Source: Thermodesulfobacteriota bacterium (GTDB taxonomy: Bacteria > Desulfobacterota_D > UBA1144 > Nemesobacterales > Mycalebacteriaceae). From it: a stretch of DNA of 64,000 nt. Under the pieces are notes generated by a model. The model made no database searches, was not told the origin of the DNA, and saw only the letters and a program-made list of their open reading frames with translations. The position numbers were made by a program, and so were the translations under genes. Location of the stretch: NCBI GenBank assembly GCA_965205855.1, contig OZ242184.1, positions 1,184,001-1,248,000 on the forward strand. The letters run 5' to 3'. Positions 59,301 through 64,000 of this stretch are shown here, in pieces. Within the stretch, counting starts at the first letter, position 1, and each line of letters opens with the position of its first letter.

Positions 59301-60345
59301 GCCCCGTTGCCGTTGAAGATAGGCCGCTCGCTGTTGAATCATGTCCCGTTGCCGTTGAAGCTATGCTGGACGCGATTGCATTTTGTCCCGTTGCCGTTGA
59401 GCTGGCGCCGGACGCCTCAGAATCCTGTCCCGTTGCTGTGGAATCCAAACCGCTCGCCTCAGAATTCTGTCCCGATGCCGTGGAATTAGTTCCGTTCGCT
59501 GTTGAATCCTGTCCCGTTGCCGTTGAATTATCTCCGCTCGCAAATGAACTTTGTCCCGATGCCGTTGAATTATCTCCGCTCGCTATTGAACCCTGTCCCG
59601 ATGCCGTTGAATTAACTCCGATCGCTACTGAATTCTGTCCTACTGCCGTTGAATTAACTCCGGGCGCACTTGAATTCTGTCCTACTGCCGTGGCACCAGA
59701 GCCGCTCGCCTCAGAATCCTGTCCCGTTGCCGTTGAATTAACTCCGAACGCTACTGAATTCTGTCCCACTGCCGTTGAATTATCTCTGATCGCTGCTGAA
59801 TCCTGTCCCGTTGCCGTTGAACGGGCGCCGACCGCTCTTGAATTCTGTCCCGATGCCGTTGAATCCACGCCGGACGCGTTTGAATCCTGTCCCGTTGCCG
59901 TCGAATTTACTCCGCTCGCCTCAGAACCCTGTCCCACTGCCGTGGAATTTTCTCCACTCGCCTCAGAATTCTGTCCCACTGCCGTGGAATTTGCGCCAAA
60001 CGCGCTTGAACCCTGACCCACTGCCGTTGAATTGTCTCTGAAAGCCCTTGAGGACTTACCCGTTGCCGTTGAATCTACGCCTTCCGCTATTGAACCCTGT
60101 CCCGTTGCCGTTGCATTTGTGGCGGTCGCTATTGAACCCGCTCCCACTGCCGTTGAATTATCGGCGGTCGCGGATGCACCCGGTCCAAATTCCGTATTAC
60201 CTACTACTTGAGCGTCAGCGTCTTTGATACCCAAAAATGCCACAGCGAATATCATCGGCAAACACAACACAAGAGAACAAACTCTCAAGTCAAATTTTCT
60301 ACGAAAAAAATGTATAAAACGTTTATAAATTATCATATTGGACAC
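50311..60345 (-). CDS. YadA-like trimeric autotransporter adhesin A (3344 aa)
   Basis: AAGGA RBS before GTG; signal peptide ending ADA-Q; about 195 14-aa head repeats; GVAMSAA plus anchor ending TGLTLNW. Confidence 0.9.
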   Translation of the reverse strand: MSNMIIYKRFIHFFRRKFDLRVCSLVLCLPMIFAVAFLGIKDADAQVVGNTEFGPGASATADNSTAVGAGSIATATNATATGQGSIAEGVDSTATGKSSRAFRDNSTAVGQGSSAFGANSTAVGQNSEASGENSTAVGQGSEASGVNSTATGQDSNASGVDSTASGQNSRAVGARSTATGQDSAAIRDNSTAVGQNSVAFGVNSTATGQDSEASGSGATAVGQNSSAPGVNSTAVGQNSVAIGVNSTASGQGSIASGDNSTASGQSSFASGDNSTATGQDSTANGTNSTASGQNSEASGLDSTATGQDSEASGASSTATGQNAIASSIASTATGHDSTASGLSSTATGRDSTASGTNSTATGANSLASARNSTATGEDSTATGVDSTAVGQNSRASGARSTATGQDSEASGVNSSASGQDSEASGEDSTASGQGSIANGIRSTASGQDSEASGVNSSASGQDSTASGVNSTASGQDSFAIGEDSTAVGQNSAAAGTRSTATGQDSIAIGEDSTAVGQGSIANGARSSASGQSSLASGDNSTATGQDSTASGANSSASGQNSEASGDNSTAVGQDSTASGAASTAVGQDSSASGARSTATGQGSIASGDNSTAGDNSTATGEDSIALGDNSTASGQGSSARGDNSSAVGQSSDAFGDNSTASGQDSEASGTNSTASGQNSEASGDNSTAVGQDSTASGVNSSASGQSSLANGVNSTASGQDSFASGEDSTASGQGSIALGARSSASGQSSLASGDNSTATGQDSEASGANSSAVGQDSEASGEDSTASGQGSIANGARSSASGQSSLASGDNSTATGQDSTASGANSSASGQNSEASGDNSTAVGQDSTASGVNSSASGQSSLANGVNSTATGQDSEASGEDSTASGQGSIANGARSSASGQSSLASGDNSTATGQDSNASGVDSTAVGQNSNASGARSTATGQDSEASGVNSSASGQSSLANGANSTATGQDSTASGANSSAVGQDSEASGEDSTASGQGSIANGIRSTASGQDSEASGVNSSASGQDSTASGVNSTASGQDSFAIGEDSTAVGQNSAAAGTRSTATGQDSIAIGEDSTAVGQGSIANGARSSASGQSSLASGDNSTATGQDSTASGANSSASGQNSEASGANSTASGQNSLANGVNSTAVGQDSEASGVNSSASGQDSEASGVNSSASGQSSLANGANSTAVGQDSEASGEDSTASGQGSIANGARSSASGQDSEASGVNSSASGQSSLANGANSTAVGQDSEASGEDSTASGQGSIANGVRSSASGQDSEASGVNSSASGQSSLANGANSTAVGQDSEASGEDSTASGQGSIANGARSSASGQSSLASGDNSTAVGQDSEASGEDSTASGQGSIANGVRSTATGQDSEASGVNSSASGQSSLASGDNSTATGQDSEASGVDSTAVGQNSNASGARSTATGQDSEASGVNSSASGQDSEASGVDSTASGQGSIANGARSSASGQSSLASGDNSTATGQDSEASGANSSAVGQDSEASGEDSTASGQNSLASGDNSTASGQDSSASGVNSSASGQNSLASGDNSTASGQGSRASGVNSSASGQDSEASGEDSTASGQGSIANGARSSASGQSSLASGDNSTATGQDSEASGVNSSASGQSSLANGANSTAVGQDSEASGEDSTASGQGSIANGARSSAVGQDSEASGVNSSASGQSSLANGANSTAVGQDSEASGVNSSASGQSSLANGANSTAVGQDSEASGEDSTASGQGSIANGARSSASGQSSLANGVNSTAVGQDSEASGANSSASGQSSLANGANSSAVGQDSEASGEDSTASGQGSIANGARSSAVGQDSEASGVNSSASGQSSLANGANSTAVGQDSEASGEDSTASGQGSIANGVRSSASGQDSEASGVNSSASGQSSLANGANSTAVGQDSEASGEDSTASGQGSIANGARSSASGQSSLANGVNSTASGQDSEASGANSSASGQSSLANGANSTAVGQDSEASGEDSTASGQGSIANGARSSAVGQDSEASGVNSSASGQSSLANGANSTAVGQDSEASGEDSTASGQGSIANGARSSASGQSSLANGVNSTAVGQDSEASGANSSASGQSSLANGANSSAVGQDSEASGEDSTASGQGSIANGARSSAVGQDSEASGVNSSASGQSSLANGANSTAVGQDSEASGEDSTASGQGSIANGARSSAVGQDSEASGVNSSASGQSSLANGANSTAVGQDSEASGEDSTASGQGSIANGARSSASGQSSLANGVNSTAVGQDSEASGANSSASGQSSLANGANSSAVGQDSEASGEDSTASGQGSIANGARSSAVGQDSEASGVNSSASGQSSLANGANSTAVGQDSEASGEDSTASGQGSIANGVRSSASGQDSEASGVNSSASGQSSLANGANSTAVGQDSEASGEDSTASGQGSIANGARSSASGQDSEASGVNSSASGQSSLANGANSTAVGQDSEASGEDSTASGQGSIANGVRSSASGQDSEASGVNSSASGQSSLANGVNSTASGQDSEASGANSSAVGQDSEASGEDSTASGQGSIANGVRSSASGQDSEASGVNSSASGQSSLANGANSTAVGQDSEASGEDSTASGQGSIANGVRSSASGQDSEASGVNSSASGQSSLANGVNSTASGQDSEASGANSSAVGQDSEASGEDSTASGQGSIANGARSSASGQSSLANGANSTAVGQDSEASGEDSSAVGQDSEASGEDSTASGQGSIANGIRSTASGQSSLANGVNSTAVGQDSEASGEDSTVLGQDSNASGVRSTAVGQDSIVSGTNSTVVGQGAVSSGSHADAFGRGTETSRDYSQKFAKNASGRSADGSGTPTEADSTYAFTGLGLFEEKAYITQNSTATGAPVFSPTQNIHDSTLGDFQDRRDRSFETAGATRVVTVLPDGTLQTADFGFDGIDDLVGDEGPETLKRRVRAEIASVGGVTAANDVARTAQEAYVAGLEDYLADSEFKKHDEIEEQRVEVEQLQQQWVAAQGSSNASLFNSETNNLSLRPTTNPNGSLLSRTENLYEGVGASDFQRQRLADTDDETTRLGDRYITLQDQLNTLEPDGNTTRYGSALRAQAGSFLGDVNGTGIDREGDLYEQLRYYEAQEANGFDVGGVLGTDIPSNNIPSTIGNFDSNGDGWVSRGEIEEGIEGLTVRERISIVGYLSGVTDAELDTLQSGAEIDSARNFDEIRTIEEYIAAATAETEYRRPRNVDEFITQEGQEQLSPETLEALRQSPFGSEPKRYGDLYERNAWVQDKIDEYGLELGNLRRGVAMSAAMRTSTIAKGDRSALDLNFSEYRGEYGMAGSFGIRVNNALQVHFAGATTSEFQDRIVRTGLTLNW
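50567..52113. repeat. About 1.5-kb near-identical duplication, copy in adhesin A
   Basis: Matches 45444-46990. Confidence 0.9.
51960..60190 (-). repeat. Tandem 42-bp coding repeats with higher-order blocks of 3-4 units
   Basis: About 8.2 kb of periodic sequence; CTGTCCC/TTGTCCC recurs every 42 bp. Confidence 0.95.
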
Positions 60346-60571
60346 CTAATCCTTAGCCAATTAGCAATCACTCAAATCAAACAGGCAGATATTATACTAA
60401 AAAAGCTGAAAAAAAAACAGTAAATTATCCACATACGCGAAAAGCATTTCCACATAATATATAAATAAAAAAGGGGATGAAAGGAATTTTTCTCAAAAAA
60501 GCCTGTTGTCAAATGGGAAAACCACCGGAGGACGAGGAAAATATCAATTCAAATTGACGAAAACAACCCGT

Positions 60572-61741
60572 CTATAAAAAACCTTTTTCAGTCGCAACGG
60601 CGACAACCAGCTCAAGCGTGAGAACCCTGATTGTTTTTTCGCCGTTTTTCTCAACAATTTTGTCCGCGATTGAAAACCCCGCCTTTTCAAACGCCTTCAT
60701 TCCCGCCCGCGTAACAACTTTCTCTCCCGCGAGACGGATGGTAACGGCGCCGAAATCGTCTCTGCCCGAAATTGCGGACTTCTCCAGAACCTCTGCGGAC
60801 GCGAGTATGCTCTCATGCGGCCCCTCCTCTCCGCCGCCGTAGATGTCCCTCACAATGTCGGACGGATAAGTGGGGGCGTTATGCGCCCCGGAGTTCATTC
60901 CGAGATGAACGGCGGCGGGAAGAGAGGCAAGACCCGACCCCTCGCAAACCGCCTTGACCGCGCCGCCGTATCCTATAAAAACGGAAGACGGAGTGTGGTG
61001 TACGGAGGCGTCATTGAGAGTCGCTATCTGGAGCCAACTGAAATCGGCAAGAGAAAGCCCGCGTCCCGGCAGCCCGCGCAGAACATCCCCCTCTTTGAGA
61101 GATTCAAATGTTTTTCCGCCTTCGCCGAGCAACTTGCGAGAAAGCGTCCCTTGCGCAATTTCGCAAGGAAGCGGGGCGGTTGATATTTCCGCCTTCGCGG
61201 GACGCGGTTTCACCGTGCTTGATTTTCCGTGCGTAACGCCCTTCGCCGCACGCACAAGAACCTGACGGGTGTAGGAAAGAACCGTCTCGCCCCTGTGGTT
61301 TGAAACTTCGGTCTCAACCTGAATCGAGCCGCTTGTCGCGCCGTCTTTTCTGAACTCCACGCCGAGAACCCGCGACTTCGCGGAAACCGTGTCTCCCTCA
61401 AAAACCGGCGCGCCGAACGCGAGGTTGGAATACGAAAGATTTGCCACCGCATTGAAGGATATGTCGTGAACGCTAAGACCGAAACCTATGTTGAAAAGAA
61501 ACCCCTGACTGACAAGCGCGGGGTCTTCAATGCCAAGGGATTTCCGCTTGGCGTCCGCGTCCGGGTCGGTGTATCCGAGAGCTTTTGCCTTATGTGCGTT
61601 CGCGCAAAGCGCCGAGCCGCCAAATTTTTTCACATACTGCCTGTTCCTCATGCGCGTTATTTGAACCGCGCCGTGGTGATACACATCGCCTTCGGCAAAG
61701 TCGCCTATGTGTCTTTCCGATTTGAAATCCGCTTCCAACAT
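60572..61741 (-). CDS. mch: Mesaconyl-CoA hydratase-like double hot-dog (MaoC) protein
   Basis: SVHDISFNAVANLSY (compare Mch TVPDISLNAVANLGY), PVFEGDT, VLSYTR, GMNSGAH; GGAGG RBS before ATG 61741. Confidence 0.75.
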   Translation of the reverse strand: MLEADFKSERHIGDFAEGDVYHHGAVQITRMRNRQYVKKFGGSALCANAHKAKALGYTDPDADAKRKSLGIEDPALVSQGFLFNIGFGLSVHDISFNAVANLSYSNLAFGAPVFEGDTVSAKSRVLGVEFRKDGATSGSIQVETEVSNHRGETVLSYTRQVLVRAAKGVTHGKSSTVKPRPAKAEISTAPLPCEIAQGTLSRKLLGEGGKTFESLKEGDVLRGLPGRGLSLADFSWLQIATLNDASVHHTPSSVFIGYGGAVKAVCEGSGLASLPAAVHLGMNSGAHNAPTYPSDIVRDIYGGGEEGPHESILASAEVLEKSAISGRDDFGAVTIRLAGEKVVTRAGMKAFEKAGFSIADKIVEKNGEKTIRVLTLELVVAVATEKGFL

Positions 61742-61774
61742 TCCGCCTCCGGTGGTTTGAAAATTGAGACCGGA

Positions 61775-61803
61775 ATTCTGAAGCCATCGGAGACGGTTGT
61801 CAA
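61775..61803 (-). promoter_or_regulatory. mch promoter TTGACA-17-CAGAAT
   Basis: Perfect -35 with 17-nt spacer. Confidence 0.5.
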
Positions 61804-61884
61804 TAACAACTGGCGGCGGGCATTTTGAACTTCGGGTTTTTATGGCACAATATCCGGCAAATACAAACACGCCGGAGGAGCGAA

Positions 61885-63585
61885 ATGGCTTCCGAAAAAC
61901 AACGCAAAAAAATACGCAACCTCAATCACACAATCACCTTCAAACGCAAACGCAAGTTTGACGCGCAGTGGTATCTCAACGAAGACAGGACAAAATGGGT
62001 TCTTCCGAGGGTGCTTACCGAGCAGGCCGAAAAACTCGGCGACAAGCCGTTTCTTCAGTTCGGAGCGAAAAAGCCGCTGAGTTTCCGGGAAACAAACGCG
62101 CTTGCCAACAAAGCGGCAAATTCCCTCATACGAAGCGGAATCAAAAAGGGCGATAAAGTCGCGGTTCTGATGCCGAATTCGGACGACTATGTGATTGCGT
62201 GGTTCGGCATACTTAAAGCCGGAGCCGTGATGGTTCCGATAAACACGGACTACAAGGCGGATTTTCTGCAATATGTGATTGACTCTTCGGACGCGAAACT
62301 GCTGTTTATCGCCGAGGAGTATCTTGACAGAATGCCCTCCATTTTCAAAAGGATAAAAGGGCTGGAAACCGTTGTTGTGTGGACGCGCGGCGGCACGGCG
62401 GAATTTGACCCGCAGGGGTTCAAATTCCCTGAAATGAAATCTTACAAAGAGTTCCTCAAAGGCGCGCGCGCTTCGGAACCGGGGATTGAGGTTCTTTTCA
62501 CGGACTACGGACGGCTCATGTTCACATCCGGCACAACCGGAAGGTCAAAAGGGGTTATGCGCCCGTGCGCGGCGGACTACAGCAGCGCGAGGAACTGCGC
62601 CGAGATTATGGATGTCGGCGCAAGCGATGTCTATTTCACCTGCCTTCCGCTTTTTCATTCAAACGCGATGGTAATGACCGTCTATCCCGCGCTTATAAAA
62701 GGGGCGAAAACCGTTATCGAGGAGAAATACAGCGCGAGCCGTTTCTGGAAATGGATGAATGAATACAAGGTTACGCGCTTTAACACGGTCGGGACGGTTT
62801 CGTACTTTATGTGGAACACCCCTCCCGTTGCCGAAGAGAAAACCCACAAGGTAAAACTTGTTCTCGGCTCTCCGGCTCCGCACGACATAATTGAGCGTTT
62901 TATGGAGAGGTTCAACATAAGTTTGATGGAGGGCTACGGGCTGACCGAAACAGGGCAGTGCACATGGATGCGCCCCGGAGAGCCGTTCAGGGTCGGGTCT
63001 TGCGGAAAAGAGGCGCCCGGCTATGAAATCAAAATCGCCGACCCGGAATCGGACGAGGAATTGCCGAGAGGGAAGACCGGGCAGATAATTGTGCGGCCGC
63101 GCATACCGAACATAATGCTCCATTTCTACAACAAGATGCCCGAAAAAACGGTTGAGGATTTCCGCAACCTGTGGTTTCACACCGGAGACGCGGGGTGGAT
63201 GGACAAAGACGGCTACATCTACTTTATGGACAGAGTCAAGGACTACATACGCAGAAGGGGGGAGAACATAAGCTCGTTTGAGGTGGAAAAAATCGTCTCT
63301 TCCCACCCGGATATCAAGGAGTGCGCGGCGGTTGGAGTAAAAGCCGAAGCCGGACGGCACGCCGAGGACGAGGTTATGGTTGTGGTAGTTCCCGAAAGAA
63401 ACAAAAAGCCCGACCCGGCGGCGATTGTGAAATTTCTTGAGCCGAAGATGCCGGCTTTTATGATTCCGCGCTTCATAAGATTTACGCGCTCGCTTCCAAA
63501 AACCGGAACGCAACGGGTGCGGAAGAACAAACTCAGAGAAAAAGGCGTTACAAAAGACACATGGCGCGCCGATCGCAAAAAATAG
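61885..63585 (+). CDS. AMP-forming acyl-CoA ligase (CaiC / crotonobetaine-CoA ligase-like)
   Basis: FTSGTTGRSKG, LPLFHSNA, YGLTE, WFHTGD, IRRRGENISSFEVE, LPKT; GGAGGAG RBS. Confidence 0.9.
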   Translation: MASEKQRKKIRNLNHTITFKRKRKFDAQWYLNEDRTKWVLPRVLTEQAEKLGDKPFLQFGAKKPLSFRETNALANKAANSLIRSGIKKGDKVAVLMPNSDDYVIAWFGILKAGAVMVPINTDYKADFLQYVIDSSDAKLLFIAEEYLDRMPSIFKRIKGLETVVVWTRGGTAEFDPQGFKFPEMKSYKEFLKGARASEPGIEVLFTDYGRLMFTSGTTGRSKGVMRPCAADYSSARNCAEIMDVGASDVYFTCLPLFHSNAMVMTVYPALIKGAKTVIEEKYSASRFWKWMNEYKVTRFNTVGTVSYFMWNTPPVAEEKTHKVKLVLGSPAPHDIIERFMERFNISLMEGYGLTETGQCTWMRPGEPFRVGSCGKEAPGYEIKIADPESDEELPRGKTGQIIVRPRIPNIMLHFYNKMPEKTVEDFRNLWFHTGDAGWMDKDGYIYFMDRVKDYIRRRGENISSFEVEKIVSSHPDIKECAAVGVKAEAGRHAEDEVMVVVVPERNKKPDPAAIVKFLEPKMPAFMIPRFIRFTRSLPKTGTQRVRKNKLREKGVTKDTWRADRKK

Positions 63586-63606
63586 AAAGTGAAAAGCGGA
63601 CGGCGC

Positions 63607-64000
63607 TTATGGTCCCGCCGCGCCTATTCTGTCAAGCGCGGGTTGAACAAGCACGGGGTGAATTTCACGCACCTGCGCGGCAAGGGAGTCGGTCAGACGC
63701 TTTATATCCCACTGCGCCCCGTCCGACATTCTGAGATTTATCAAGTGATACAGCTGCCATAGACTCATATTTCCCGCGACCCGTCTGTTGTGGGCGTTTG
63801 TTACCGCGTATGCGGCAGCTTGCGGAAATCCGCTCACGGAAAGTTTGCCGTGCATCTCCGCACCGATACCGGCGGCTTCAAGGAGAAGCCCCTCCTCCCC
63901 GGCGGCGGCAATATTGGGCGGAACGGTTACGCCGGAGGAAACGCCCGGCTCGGCGGCAAACCAGTCCGTCTTCCTGTGGCGCAGGAGTTGATGCCAGCAC
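63607..64000 (-). CDS. thyX: Flavin-dependent thymidylate synthase-like domain (partial, 3' end only)
   Basis: Manual translation WHQLLRHRK...YHLINLR...AQWDIK; ORF open to the right edge. Confidence 0.7.
   Translation of the reverse strand, partial: CWHQLLRHRKTDWFAAEPGVSSGVTVPPNIAAAGEEGLLLEAAGIGAEMHGKLSVSGFPQAAAYAVTNAHNRRVAGNMSLWQLYHLINLRMSDGAQWDIKRLTDSLAAQVREIHPVLVQPALDRIGAAGP

Noticed and set aside
51992-60016. 2674-aa Cys/Pro-rich plus-strand ORF (and the 988-aa ORF at 46869-49835)
   Set aside because: Antisense shadows of the adhesin repeats: a stop-free unit amplified in tandem. They begin and end with the arrays and have no RBS or signal peptide, whereas the minus-strand frames have a signal peptide and anchor.
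46840-60190. CRISPR array or ice-nucleation protein interpretation of the 42-bp repeats
   Set aside because: No unique spacers or cas genes; the repeats are in-frame coding with a 14-aa period, not the 16-aa AGYGST period of InaZ.
60425-60454. Replication origin
   Set aside because: Only two DnaA-box-like motifs, no dnaA/dnaN/gidA context, and skew cannot be assessed here.

Overview
A gene-dense bacterial chromosome segment, mostly housekeeping: panB, alaC-type aminotransferase, TamA/BamA-family protein, trmB, aroB, apt, aroF, purN, rpsU-dnaG-rpoD, uppS-dxr-rseP, fbp, purC, phoH, serA-hisZ-purA, tatC and a partial thyX. No transposase, integrase, tRNA or CRISPR array was seen. Gene content looks like a diderm of the delta-proteobacterial/Dadabacteria type (inference only). 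Notable features: (1) dispersed ethylmalonyl-CoA pathway genes (ecm, short mcd, mcl, mch) plus a heterodimeric methylmalonyl-CoA mutase, the latter divergent from an FTR1-cobT-cobS-cbiR-cobU cobamide-remodelling cluster; (2) two tandem giant YadA-like trimeric autotransporters with about 75 and 195 consecutive 14-aa head repeats, a near-identical EF-hand-bearing stalk containing one short divergent patch, and different anchors; (3) an 808-aa fusion of a polyprenyl-phosphate sugar synthase (GT2) with an STT3/GT-C-like membrane domain; (4) an rpoD lacking region 1.1, with substitutions at normally invariant promoter-melting residues and a possible ATA start; (5) an orphan 5S rRNA with its own promoter; (6) repeated near-leaderless promoter-start geometry; (7) a histidine/serine decarboxylase coupled to a tandem-ACT protein. 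All calls come from motif recognition by eye; no searches were run.
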